Both the position numbers and the translations under genes were made by a program. A stretch of 38,095 nucleotides of DNA from Streptococcaceae bacterium (GTDB lineage Bacteria; Bacillota; Bacilli; Lactobacillales; Streptococcaceae), in NCBI GenBank assembly GCA_009779335.1, contig WREM01000001.1:1-38095 (forward strand), written 5' to 3'. The notes beneath the pieces are model-generated. The model had not been told where the DNA came from, did not search any database, and saw only the letters and a list, made by a program, of their open reading frames with translations. Positions 9,736 to 18,929 of this stretch are shown piece by piece. Within the stretch, counting starts at the first letter, position 1; every line of letters begins with the position of its first letter.

Positions 9736-10185
9736 TTATTTAATCCAACGATCAACGCTGTAATCTTTACCGCAACTTTGGCAAACCATCATAATCCGTG
9801 TTTGTTGTACTCCAAATATTGAAATAGGTTTTTGTCCCATTCTGATGACATCTTTACTATGACATTTCGGACAAATTGCACCTGATTTGATAAGATTATT
9901 TTGTACTTGTTTTTTAGCATTTTCAGATTTTATTTTATCGTTATCAGCTCTTAGTTTAATAATTCTAGCTTTTTCGATTTTTTCGTCTTCAGAAAGTAAG
10001 TGCTCATCTTTAGACAGCAAAGCCTGTTCTTTCTTGTTTTTGTCAGTTCCCCTAGCAATTAGCCATATCAACACAAGTATTATTATACCAACACCTGATG
10101 TCGAAACACTAAACGCAATAGCAAGAACAATAACAAGCACCTTAAACCAGTTCGACTTTTTCCATAATTCCTTAAATTTTTCCAT
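9736..10185 (-). CDS. Membrane protein with C-terminal zinc ribbon (moron)
   Basis: Two N-terminal hydrophobic helices, CPKC...CQSC, AT-rich sequence, RBS AGGAGG, own terminator. Confidence 0.75.
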   Translation of the reverse strand: MEKFKELWKKSNWFKVLVIVLAIAFSVSTSGVGIIILVLIWLIARGTDKNKKEQALLSKDEHLLSEDEKIEKARIIKLRADNDKIKSENAKKQVQNNLIKSGAICPKCHSKDVIRMGQKPISIFGVQQTRIMMVCQSCGKDYSVDRWIK

Positions 10186-10262
10186 TCTCTACCTCCTGAA
10201 ACTGCTTTGTGTTTAATAGTATTACACAAAACGAAACATTTTAATAGAGCAATGCAAAAAAA

Positions 10263-10820
10263 TCAATCAGGAAGCTCATAGATTTCTTGGAGTTCCATCA
10301 TACGTTGTTTTTCTTCTGTACTTGTATTTTTTTTAGGTTTCCAAGTACGTATTTCTAGTACCTGTTTGAACTTGGTATCATCAGGTAGGTGCTTGAAAAG
10401 CATCTGAAACTTTTTCCAAGACAGATGCCCAATCTGCTCATGTAAGTCCATGTGATAGGCTTGCATAAAGCTCACAAAGATAATTTCTGCATCAAAGGCA
10501 AAAGAAAAGAGCCTCTCTTGAGGCTCTGATTCTCTCCTTGGCATGACGTTTCCTTTAAGGTCATAGACCTCTTTGATTTCTTCTTTTTGAATATATTCCG
10601 AAAAAATAGTCTGGAAAAGTCTTGCTTTTTTCTCAAATGGTACATCTTTACCACTGATTAGGAACTCCAAAGCAATATCGACTTTTTGAAAATTATTGAG
10701 CGTTTTATCCTCTAAAATTTCATAGACATCGAGCACATTATCAAAGCTCAAGTTCAAAGGATAAGTGACAGCCTCAAACTCAATCGAAGCCGTCAAAGGT
10801 TCGTTAAGTTTGAACATCAC
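10263..10820 (-). CDS. Tail assembly protein, A118 Gp15 family
   Basis: LNLSFDNVL, FSFAFDAEIIFVSFMQAYHMDL, LSWKKF..LF..LPDDTKF motifs. Confidence 0.85.
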   Translation of the reverse strand: MMFKLNEPLTASIEFEAVTYPLNLSFDNVLDVYEILEDKTLNNFQKVDIALEFLISGKDVPFEKKARLFQTIFSEYIQKEEIKEVYDLKGNVMPRRESEPQERLFSFAFDAEIIFVSFMQAYHMDLHEQIGHLSWKKFQMLFKHLPDDTKFKQVLEIRTWKPKKNTSTEEKQRMMELQEIYELPD

Positions 10821-10828
10821 GAGTCCTC

Positions 10829-11272
10829 CTATTTATTTTTGCGTTTTTCTTTGAGGTATTTCTTTTTGAATTTCTCTTGGTCTTTTATCTGACTTTCAAA
10901 ACGCTTCCCAACTTCTAAACCAAGTGATTCAGAGACTTGTGGTAATACAGTATATAGCAGTGTTCCGACGTCGCTATATACTTTATAAATTTTGTTAAAA
11001 GAACCTTTACCTAATAGCAAATCAAAACTTTCACGTGCGATTTTTACTTCTAAATCAGACATACGAGAAAATTTTGAGACTTTTGAATTTTCGTCATTTT
11101 CAAGCTCTGCGACTTCCTTTTTGAATTTTGTTTTTAGCGATTTTTCAAACTTTTCAGGGTTATCGTAAATATCGAACAATTTCGCCACATTCTCACGTGT
11201 CGCTTCAAATTCAAATTCAACCTCTCCGACTCGGACAGGAATGACGTCTTTTTTTATATCAATTTGTATCAT
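10829..11272 (-). CDS. Tail assembly chaperone
   Basis: Position after the major tail gene; FDLLLGKGSFNKIY motif. Confidence 0.7.
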   Translation of the reverse strand: MIQIDIKKDVIPVRVGEVEFEFEATRENVAKLFDIYDNPEKFEKSLKTKFKKEVAELENDENSKVSKFSRMSDLEVKIARESFDLLLGKGSFNKIYKVYSDVGTLLYTVLPQVSESLGLEVGKRFESQIKDQEKFKKKYLKEKRKNK

Positions 11273-11285
11273 GATTTCTCCTTAA

Positions 11286-11735
11286 TTAAGCACCAGGCGT
11301 GATTGTTGGTGTTTCTGCATAGATAAGTGAACACTTAAAGTCTTCATAAGCTGCGGCATCTCCTGACCCTGCAACAATATTGAGTGCTTTTGCAACCCCC
11401 AAGACAACTGTTCCGTCATTTTCAGTAATACGAAACCAAACTTTACGATCATCATCGTTTTGTGAGCGTTTCTTCTCTGCAATCAATTTCTGAGCTGGAT
11501 TGGTTGGATTCCAAGTTCCTTCAAAATCCCACTTTTCAGCACGACCAACTAAATAATCAATCTCATTTCCATCTCCTGCATAATCTGCAAAAGTTTCAGT
11601 TTTTTCTTCTGAATTGTCATTGACCGTAGTAATAAATTCAGCTAGTGCTAAAAATCCAGTCGTTGGTGCAGCCGTGTCAGAAGATGACCAAGGTGCAATT
11701 TCATGTAATCGTAGGGCATTTTTTTTACGTGCCAT
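11286..11735 (-). CDS. Major tail (tube) protein
   Basis: MARKKNALRLHEIAP, DYAGDG, GSGDAAAYEDFKC; A118-like gene order. Confidence 0.85.
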   Translation of the reverse strand: MARKKNALRLHEIAPWSSSDTAAPTTGFLALAEFITTVNDNSEEKTETFADYAGDGNEIDYLVGRAEKWDFEGTWNPTNPAQKLIAEKKRSQNDDDRKVWFRITENDGTVVLGVAKALNIVAGSGDAAAYEDFKCSLIYAETPTITPGA

Positions 11736-11736
11736 T

Positions 11737-12144
11737 TCAAGATTCCTCCGTTTTTTTAATAATTAAATTGGCGGTCACATCGAGTAAATAAATGTACCAG
11801 CCGTCTTTCTCCACTTCACGCAGTGAAGGGGTGGACACTTCTAAACCCTCAAACTCATACGAATCATTATTTGAGGGGATAGAGATGTCAAAATCAGAAA
11901 GCCAAGCGTGAATCTTCCACATTGTATCGCTTGCTACTGTTTGATTTTTTGTCTTTATGCCGATAGCATAAGGCAGTTTCATTTCACAATCCCCATTCAT
12001 CCAACGGGTGACTTCTTTGCCACCTGATAATGGATAAACACGCAGTGATTCATGAAATCCAATAAAACCGATTTTAGCTTTAAGGCCTAGGTCTTGGATG
12101 ACATTGATTTCATCCGTTAAACAGTTTATAAAATCATTTGTCAT
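11737..12144 (-). CDS. Tail terminator-like protein (A118 gp11 / Minor_capsid_3-like)
   Basis: IPSNNDSYEF motif, 135 aa, immediately before the major tail gene. Confidence 0.75.
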   Translation of the reverse strand: MTNDFINCLTDEINVIQDLGLKAKIGFIGFHESLRVYPLSGGKEVTRWMNGDCEMKLPYAIGIKTKNQTVASDTMWKIHAWLSDFDISIPSNNDSYEFEGLEVSTPSLREVEKDGWYIYLLDVTANLIIKKTEES

Positions 12145-12476
12145 TTCACACCTAATCCTTTCACAAATGCTTGTTTCCAGTTATCGCTATACGCATTTTT
12201 TGCACTATCCAGCCATTTCGGACCAGTTCCAGGTGTGGTATATTTCCAACCCTTTGGAGCGAAATATTGACGCCGTGCGTAAGATGCAGAATATTCCACA
12301 TCTGAATTTCTTGTCACATGTCCACTGGCTCGCAAATCACCCTCTTTTTTAGGGACGAATCGCTCCATGTCCATCAGCATTTGATTAGCCATAGCGTGCT
12401 TTGCATAATTCGAATTTTCATTACTGAGCTTATGATCAATACCTGAAAGGTCAATGGACACACGAACGTTTACCAT
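12141..12476 (-). CDS. Neck protein (A118 gp10 / Minor_capsid_2-like)
   Basis: DMERFVPKKEGDLRAS, YARRQYF, YTTPGTGPKW. Confidence 0.8.
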   Translation of the reverse strand: MVNVRVSIDLSGIDHKLSNENSNYAKHAMANQMLMDMERFVPKKEGDLRASGHVTRNSDVEYSASYARRQYFAPKGWKYTTPGTGPKWLDSAKNAYSDNWKQAFVKGLGVK

Positions 12477-12820
12477 TACTTCACCCCAATCTTTCGGCTG
12501 AGTAATCCTGTACCCAAAAGCATGACATAAACTTCTGAAGCAATGTTTTTCAGTGGGGTACTTTCTGTTACGTTATCGAACTGGTCATCAGACATGAGCC
12601 CCGTTTTATACATCCATTCTATTTGCAAAGCCATTGCTTGCTTGAATTTTTGTTTTCTGTACTCATGGTCTTCTTCCAGGTTATGATGCCTATAAAAATC
12701 ACGAGTCAATGCATCCAGCAAAAGAGAAGCACGGCGTTCTAATTGTGTAAATCGGACATTGTCTAAAATCTCAATCGAACAATACGTGTTATTAAATTCA
12801 TTGATTGTTAAATAGGCCAT
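12476..12820 (-). CDS. Head-tail connector/adaptor (A118 gp8-like)
   Basis: MAYLTINEF...RASLLLDALTRDFY...FKQAMALQIE...GTGLL. Confidence 0.75.
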   Translation of the reverse strand: MAYLTINEFNNTYCSIEILDNVRFTQLERRASLLLDALTRDFYRHHNLEEDHEYRKQKFKQAMALQIEWMYKTGLMSDDQFDNVTESTPLKNIASEVYVMLLGTGLLSRKIGVK

Positions 12821-12847
12821 AAGCCCCCCTTATACAATAAAAAGGGG

Positions 12848-13033
12848 CTATTTTTCAGCCCCTTTAACTTCTTCTATAATTGCTCTACCTTTAAGAGCCG
12901 ATGCACGACCCTCGCTTTCAGTGGCAAGCAATTCCTTTAGTCGTTTTTTAGATGTATTCTCTGGGAACACATCTCCTTTTTTATAGATTTTCTGTGACTG
13001 TTTGTCATAGAAATCAACTAAAACAGTATAGAT
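12848..13033 (-). CDS. Small phage head-region protein with non-canonical start (ATC or ATT)
   Basis: Not in the ORF track. IYTVLVDFYDKQSQKIYKKGDVFPENTSKKRLKELLATESEGRASALKGRAIIEEVKGAEK*; strong SD AAAGCAGGTGATCC; fills the operon gap. Confidence 0.6.
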   Translation of the reverse strand: MYTVLVDFYDKQSQKIYKKGDVFPENTSKKRLKELLATESEGRASALKGRAIIEEVKGAEK

Positions 13034-13050
13034 AATGGATCACCTGCTTT

Positions 13051-13260
13051 CTATTCTGACTGCTCTTTCAACTTTTTAAGTTCAGTCTTGAGCTTTTTAT
13101 TTTCAGCTTGTAATTTTTCAAGCTGTACATCTTCAGTAGAACCTGCTTTTTCAAGCACTTTACCTGTTTTTTCATGAATGACAGACCAGCCATCTTTGAG
13201 ATAGCTGGCTTTATCTGATTCATGGATTTGTAAAACACGGTTTAATTTTTTTACTAACAT
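13051..13260 (-). CDS. Small phage head-region protein with coiled-coil tail
   Basis: RBS AAGGAGGT; VKKLNRVLQI...YLKDGWSVI motif. Confidence 0.7.
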   Translation of the reverse strand: MLVKKLNRVLQIHESDKASYLKDGWSVIHEKTGKVLEKAGSTEDVQLEKLQAENKKLKTELKKLKEQSE

Positions 13261-13272
13261 TGTGTACCTCCT

Positions 13273-13809
13273 TTATTGAAATACGGTGGCTTTTCCGTCT
13301 GCTAAAATGAATAGGTTTTGGAAAGAGCCTTTTGCTTGTGTTGCATTTCCCATAGCCAAACCTGGCGGAAAACTAGCTGAACTAAAGGTCAGTGTTTTTG
13401 AATTAAGGGATAATACCTGCATTCCTGAGGGCGTTGAATTTACTGAGGCATCAGCCATCATTGGTACTGATACATTTACTTGACCCACAAAACGTTCAAG
13501 AAGCGGTGAAAGTGACTCAATGTTCACAGACTGTGTCGCAAATGTACCAGTTACATTTGTATCTGGCGTATAGTCTATGTCTCCCCATACACTAAGAAGA
13601 GCGATATTTTCTGAAATCTCCCAAGCTAAAACGTTGATGTCCACATCTAAGACAGCATTATGTGTTCCGCTTTTAGTACGTGCAAAATGCAAGCCTTCAG
13701 TTACACGTAATCCGCCTTCAAGGCGTTCATTACTTGTTCCATCAATCAATGTCGCCCATAATCGACCGAATATATTGCGACCTGCTTTTGATTTTCTCAA
13801 ATCGTTCAT
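13273..13809 (-). CDS. Hypothetical protein, possible capsid decoration protein
   Basis: RBS AGGAGGTG directly after the capsid stop; beta-rich composition. Confidence 0.6.
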   Translation of the reverse strand: MNDLRKSKAGRNIFGRLWATLIDGTSNERLEGGLRVTEGLHFARTKSGTHNAVLDVDINVLAWEISENIALLSVWGDIDYTPDTNVTGTFATQSVNIESLSPLLERFVGQVNVSVPMMADASVNSTPSGMQVLSLNSKTLTFSSASFPPGLAMGNATQAKGSFQNLFILADGKATVFQ

Positions 13810-13819
13810 GTTGCACCTC

Positions 13820-14719
13820 CTATTTCACAGCAAATGCGATTCCGTCTTCTTTTCCTTCAAATACGAGTACATCATCGTAACATTGCTCGTAGTAGTGGTA
13901 ATTTCCAGACGTTGCCGCTGATGGTTCATCTAAACCAGCGAATGTATATTTTTGAGGTGCAGCCATTGAAGGAATATGAATAAGCATCATTTGGATTTGT
14001 TTTGATCCTGGTGCTTCAACAGCTCCTTCAGTGAAATCATAAGCTGTTTTGAAACGGTTAGATGGTACGTCAATCAACTCAATATTATCCAAACGTGAGA
14101 TGATACGGCTCACGTCTTCACGACGGTCACCAACGTTTAATGTACGCATCAAACCTTCAGCATTTTTCAAGATTTTCTTCACTTGAGGTGTCACGTAAAG
14201 GACACGGTTTGCTGGCACACTTTGCTCATCCATTTCAGTCATCATTGTGTCGAAAGTATCGAGAATATTGTCTGTTTCAATTTCTACATCGTAGATATTG
14301 TCAGGCACTGCCGCTTCTGTTTTAGCAAATAAGCTAGAGAACATTTGGGCATCCATTTCTGGTACTTTTTCTTGGTCATTAAATGAGCGAGTAATGTTCG
14401 CAATAGTCGTTGTCCAGTTGTTTTCATCAATATCTGAAGGATCAACCAATGTTTGCCAGAAACGCTCATTTGTAAGTTCATACGTGATCCATTCATTTGA
14501 GTAGTTTGCTGTTACATCCTTGGCTACAACTGTACGACGTGCACGGTCTTTACGTCCCTCAGTGATTGTGAGTTTCGGAACTTTAACTGTCTTTTGTCCA
14601 ATCCATTTGAGTAAATTGTTAGACGGTGAGCTCCATAAGCGTTGCGAATAAAGCACCCCATTTTCTGAAAAGTGTTTTTGTAATCCTTGTTGGTAAGATT
14701 CTGCATAGTTAATAGTCAT
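13820..14719 (-). CDS. Major capsid protein
   Basis: MTINYAESYQQGL, KTVKVPKL, LVDPSDIDE, VPEMDAQMFS, RVLYVTP, VPSNRFKTAYDFTEG; 299 aa after the scaffold gene. Confidence 0.9.
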   Translation of the reverse strand: MTINYAESYQQGLQKHFSENGVLYSQRLWSSPSNNLLKWIGQKTVKVPKLTITEGRKDRARRTVVAKDVTANYSNEWITYELTNERFWQTLVDPSDIDENNWTTTIANITRSFNDQEKVPEMDAQMFSSLFAKTEAAVPDNIYDVEIETDNILDTFDTMMTEMDEQSVPANRVLYVTPQVKKILKNAEGLMRTLNVGDRREDVSRIISRLDNIELIDVPSNRFKTAYDFTEGAVEAPGSKQIQMMLIHIPSMAAPQKYTFAGLDEPSAATSGNYHYYEQCYDDVLVFEGKEDGIAFAVK

Positions 14720-14738
14720 TAGTTAATTCTCCTTAAAA

Positions 14739-15299
14739 TTATTTTAGAGACCAAGCGTCAGCAAAGGCTTGAGCTTGATCCACTGGTGGTGTATTTGGTT
14801 CAGGATTCCCTGGGTTAGTGATTGTTGGTTTGGCTGGTTCAGCTTTAGTTCCAAAAAGGTAAGTATTTTCTTTTTGTACTGTTTCAAGCTGTGCAGTTAG
14901 ACCATTTAACACCCCCTTGTCATCCAATGAGATATTTTCACGATTGAGCAAAGGCAAAACTGTTTTGAAATTTTTAGCACCTGCGGCTTGCAAGGCGAGC
15001 TGAATTTCATAATCTGTTTTACTATCCAATAGAGCAGTAGCCGCCGCTTCATCTTTAGACTTGATTTCTTCTTGCAAGTCTTTCAGTTGATTGTGTAGCT
15101 CCTCATTGTCTTTATTAGATTCTGTGAGTGTCGTAATTTTTTCGTCACGTTCTTCAATTTGTGATTTGTAACCATCACGTTCGCTTTCTGCACTATGTAA
15201 TTGTGCTTTAAGACCATTGACTTCTTTGTCACTTGCAGACATGATTTTATCAATCACATCATCTGCAAGCTCTAAGCCTTTTAGAAATTCACGTTTCAT
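14739..15299 (-). CDS. Capsid scaffolding protein (Phage GP20-like)
   Basis: MKREFLKGLEL start after GGAGG; coiled coil; AGAKNFK...YLF. Confidence 0.85.
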   Translation of the reverse strand: MKREFLKGLELADDVIDKIMSASDKEVNGLKAQLHSAESERDGYKSQIEERDEKITTLTESNKDNEELHNQLKDLQEEIKSKDEAAATALLDSKTDYEIQLALQAAGAKNFKTVLPLLNRENISLDDKGVLNGLTAQLETVQKENTYLFGTKAEPAKPTITNPGNPEPNTPPVDQAQAFADAWSLK

Positions 15300-15400
15300 A
15301 GTTCCTCCACATTTTTTTATATTTGCCTTTTTTTCATTGTCTTGCCTAGGACAACAAAAAACGCCAAACAATCTGCTCAGCGTTTTCTTACTATAAATAT

Positions 15401-15451
15401 TATATCAACTTTTTTGGTGTTTTTTTCCTTGATTTTAAGCAATTTGTTGCA
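15401..15451 (-). promoter_or_regulatory. Late promoter copy 2 (upstream of scaffold/capsid) with putative activator boxes
   Basis: TGCAACAAATT-N10-AAGGAAAAA...TGATATAAT, with the same spacing as the copy at 23904-23954. Confidence 0.6.
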
Positions 15452-15453
15452 GG

Positions 15454-16593
15454 TTATGCGAAAAATCTTTCTCTTGCATAATTTCTGACTAAGAAATCAT
15501 GTTCATCTATTAAATCACGCAAGCCAGAACGCAGGCCATTCAATCTTGTCTGATATTTCAAAATAGAATCTTGGTCTTGTAGCTTTTTGGCTGCTTCAAG
15601 ATTTTTCTTCGACAATCTGATTTCACGTTCATAAGTACGTTGTCTGACTTGCTCTTTTGCATTTCCCATCGCTTGTTCAGGTGTAATGTCACGATTAGGA
15701 TCATCAGGTAATTTATTGATACCAATGACAAAAGGGGTAAGCGTATGGGAGCAGTTTATTCCAAATGTCCCACTCGGTTCACCCCAGCCATAATCGTGCA
15801 AACTAGGAACATACCCAATCGCAGGGTCACCTGATTCAAAACCTTGTGCCTGCTTTGTGACCACTCCACCCTGAATCGGTGCACAAGCAGGACGTGCGGC
15901 AGCATGAGAACTCATATAAAAGGTATCAACACCGAACGCTTCAGATGCCATGACTCGCATTTCATTATAGACCCGATAAACCGTTGATTGTGTGACCGTT
16001 CTTGCATAATTGGCAATAGACCACACGTTGCCACCTTTATCTATAAATTCAGATGGGATGCCTTTATTCAGCCATTCCATGACCACATCCTTTATAGCTT
16101 TATCTTTGGATTTTAGCCCTGCGGTTACTTCAGCAACAATTTGCTCAAGCATGGATTGATATTGTTTCATGGCTGCATTACTGCCAAAATGAGTGGTCAA
16201 GAGTGTCTGATTGATAAAATTATCGATCTCACGAAAAGTCTGATTGAAATAAGCGTCCAACATATTTTTAATTGGGGCATAGGCTGGAGTCATTAGCGTT
16301 GCTTTTGCTAATTCTTTCCACGTGTCGTCATATAAATTTTGAGCATCTTTGACGAGTATTTTATAAAGCAAATCTTCAGCTTTGCCTGTCTGACTTGCTA
16401 TATATTTTATTCTGTCACTTCCCAATTTTTCAAATTCTTTATATTTTTCAAGTTGCCACATGAAAGGATTTTGTTCTAACTCATAAGCACTAGCTTTAGT
16501 TAGTGCCTCAATCATATCTAAATATAAATCTTGTTGGATTTGTGCATAAATCTCACCAATTCGTGCACTCTGCATAGTTGCTGGTATATACAT
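15454..16593 (-). CDS. Minor capsid protein (Phage_min_cap2 family)
   Basis: MSSHAAARPACAPIQG, GTFGINCSH, QRTYEREIR, RNYARE. Confidence 0.88.
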   Translation of the reverse strand: MYIPATMQSARIGEIYAQIQQDLYLDMIEALTKASAYELEQNPFMWQLEKYKEFEKLGSDRIKYIASQTGKAEDLLYKILVKDAQNLYDDTWKELAKATLMTPAYAPIKNMLDAYFNQTFREIDNFINQTLLTTHFGSNAAMKQYQSMLEQIVAEVTAGLKSKDKAIKDVVMEWLNKGIPSEFIDKGGNVWSIANYARTVTQSTVYRVYNEMRVMASEAFGVDTFYMSSHAAARPACAPIQGGVVTKQAQGFESGDPAIGYVPSLHDYGWGEPSGTFGINCSHTLTPFVIGINKLPDDPNRDITPEQAMGNAKEQVRQRTYEREIRLSKKNLEAAKKLQDQDSILKYQTRLNGLRSGLRDLIDEHDFLVRNYARERFFA

Positions 16594-18083
16594 TAAACAC
16601 CACCTTCAAATATTGCACGGTCAGACCCTCTTATCTTTGTGTCGAGTGATGCTGCTTGCTCTTCTTTGAGTTCAGTAAGCATTTCATCAATTTCCTCTTC
16701 AGACACGTTCCATAATTTTTTCATGGCATGACGACGACTGACTAACCCTGAAACCATAGCCTTACTTAAAAAATCAAGCTCACTTTTACGGTCTAAAAAG
16801 ACTCCGTCATCAAAATCAATTTTAATATCTTCAAGTGTAGGGATATTGCCACCATATAAACCATACGACTTAGCCAGTTCAAGACATGAAATAATCAATT
16901 CTTTAATCGTACGCTCAACACTCGTCAAGTGGCTGTTTCTTGTTTGATAGGTCATTGAATTTTCAGAGACCACTTCTGTGGCTGTTTTCATACCCATAGC
17001 GTCAAAAGTAAATGTCCCAGTTGAAAGTCCAATTTCCACCTCAAGTGTACGCATGAAGTGATTGAGTGAACGGATATATGAATCCGAACGGATTGGCGTT
17101 GTGACATCCAAAATCTTATTATCATCAATACCACCTCCATATTTCAAAAAGACGTTTTGGTTTGTATCAAAATATTGCTTTGGTTTTTCGCCTTCACTGG
17201 CAACCGTAGTCAATCCATCAGGAATAAGCACACGGCGTTGACCCATTTTGATTTCCCAGCGGTACTGGTCATACGTCGTGTTAATCTGCCTGAGCGTTGT
17301 TGTAGCATTATCATAGACTGATAACCCCAAAGGACTTGTAATGTTCTTATTATTAAATCCAAACGGCTTCATATAAGTAAACAAGGGACGAGAAAAGTCT
17401 TTGAGTATGCTTTCTTTTTCTAAGTTCTCGAAATAGTCTGTAAGCGGCACTTGTATGCCTACTCTATCTGATATTTCCGAGCGATAGAGTTCATTCGTAA
17501 TGACATACTTGTCGCCGTCCCATTCGTGAAACTCCAGCAAAGTATAATAAAGGACACGACTGCCATCTTTTTTCTGCATGTGTGTTGCAATCGCTGCCTC
17601 ATTTATATCATTGGTATTAGAACGCAGAGGGAAGAAGCTCGGAGCTTGTGCATAGGCAATTTTAATTTGACCATCATCATGATAAGGCTTCATTGCCAAT
17701 CCACCTAATGCAAGGCCACTTTCCAAGTATCGCTCAAAATTTTTTGCAAAATCATTATTGTTAAAAATTTCTTTTGCATACTCTTGAGCTGTTTCGTCCT
17801 CAATCGTGAAATCCATCTGCTCATTGAAAATAAGGGAAGCTAATCGACGGCAGACGACTTTTGCCATGTTCAGGCTTATAAAATCACGCTTTACCGCATC
17901 TCCACTTGTGTTTTTATATGTTATTTGAGGGAATTTCCCATTGAAAAATTTGAGGTTATCTTGAATACGATCGTATTCTTCTGAACTTACTCCTATTTTT
18001 GGATGATCCGTGATTTTTGCTAATTCATTACCGCTCACTTTTGCCACCCCTTTCTGTATAAAATTTCTTAGTCGTTGCCACAT
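16593..18083 (-). CDS. Portal protein (A118/SPP1 Gp6-like)
   Basis: SLNMAKVVCRRLASLIFNEQ, YYTLLEFHEW, SPLGLSVY, GMKTATEVVSENS. Confidence 0.92.
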   Translation of the reverse strand: MWQRLRNFIQKGVAKVSGNELAKITDHPKIGVSSEEYDRIQDNLKFFNGKFPQITYKNTSGDAVKRDFISLNMAKVVCRRLASLIFNEQMDFTIEDETAQEYAKEIFNNNDFAKNFERYLESGLALGGLAMKPYHDDGQIKIAYAQAPSFFPLRSNTNDINEAAIATHMQKKDGSRVLYYTLLEFHEWDGDKYVITNELYRSEISDRVGIQVPLTDYFENLEKESILKDFSRPLFTYMKPFGFNNKNITSPLGLSVYDNATTTLRQINTTYDQYRWEIKMGQRRVLIPDGLTTVASEGEKPKQYFDTNQNVFLKYGGGIDDNKILDVTTPIRSDSYIRSLNHFMRTLEVEIGLSTGTFTFDAMGMKTATEVVSENSMTYQTRNSHLTSVERTIKELIISCLELAKSYGLYGGNIPTLEDIKIDFDDGVFLDRKSELDFLSKAMVSGLVSRRHAMKKLWNVSEEEIDEMLTELKEEQAASLDTKIRGSDRAIFEGGV

Positions 18084-18096
18084 TCATGTCATCTCC

Positions 18097-18303
18097 TTAC
18101 TTTACATATTTTTGAATTTTATTATCAAATTTTCCTATGTATTTTCCGACATCGCTCTTTTTGTCAAAATATTGTTTGACGAAATTGACTTCATGTACAT
18201 AAGAGTATCGTGGATATATTTTTCCACCTTTTTGAAAAAACGGTCCTTTACAGCCTAATTTTTTTCTATAAAATGTTTTACTGCTTGATCCACGTCCGCC
18301 CAT
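18097..18303 (-). CDS. Small basic protein with N-terminal MGGRGSSS motif
   Basis: Overlaps the DUF4417 3' end; RBS GAGGTG; Lys-rich. Confidence 0.65.
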   Translation of the reverse strand: MGGRGSSSKTFYRKKLGCKGPFFQKGGKIYPRYSYVHEVNFVKQYFDKKSDVGKYIGKFDNKIQKYVK

Positions 18304-18919
18304 TTTTCAACACCTCGAAACGTTTTATATTTTCATTATCAAAATAAATGACTTCGATATTTTTGAAATCATAGTCTATTGGTTTGCCATAAAGTAAAAT
18401 TTTTTCAGGTTGGATGCGTCGAATCAGTTCGTCCATTCCTGCACGCCATAACTGCTGTGCTTTTGCATTACGAACGCAACCGACAGTGCTGACTGTCACA
18501 ATACTTCCTTCAGGTATGCCCTCAAAACAAAAGGAAAAACTTCTCTCATCTGACCAAGAGAGTGTAGGGATAACATTGATCCCTTCCGATTGCCAGTAAG
18601 CCCCTAAACATCGACTGCGGTAGATATTATAAATTTGCAAGGCGAGAGGCATATCAACATAAAGGCTAAAATCTGGAGAGAAGACACAGTCAAATTTTTT
18701 GAGCAATTTTATATATTTCTCTGGATTCGCCCAAACTCTCTCAAACTGATAATCATCTAAGTAAAAATGGACGCCTTTGTGATAATCCTTTCTTGATTTT
18801 GCATAGTTAAATCCCAAAAGCTCCTTTGGAACTTTCAAACTTTTTTCAATGCTGGGGATTTCAAAATCATTGTCGCCATACTCTGCAATATGCAAATTGT
18901 ATTTTTTAACTGTTCGCAT
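18278..18919 (-). CDS. DUF4417 family protein
   Basis: VHFYLDDYQFERVW, SPDFSLYVDMP, GAYWQSEGINVIPTLSW, FCFEGIP, VSTVG. Confidence 0.85.
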   Translation of the reverse strand: MRTVKKYNLHIAEYGDNDFEIPSIEKSLKVPKELLGFNYAKSRKDYHKGVHFYLDDYQFERVWANPEKYIKLLKKFDCVFSPDFSLYVDMPLALQIYNIYRSRCLGAYWQSEGINVIPTLSWSDERSFSFCFEGIPEGSIVTVSTVGCVRNAKAQQLWRAGMDELIRRIQPEKILLYGKPIDYDFKNIEVIYFDNENIKRFEVLKNGRTWIKQ

Positions 18920-18929
18920 GACAAACTCC

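Noticed and set aside
10820-10875. Possible tail-chaperone programmed frameshift
   Set aside because: No convincing slippery heptamer, and gp15 has its own strong RBS and start.
13809-13830. A118-style capsid frameshift or read-through into the next gene
   Set aside because: No shifty site evident at the capsid stop; the downstream gene is out of frame and has its own RBS.
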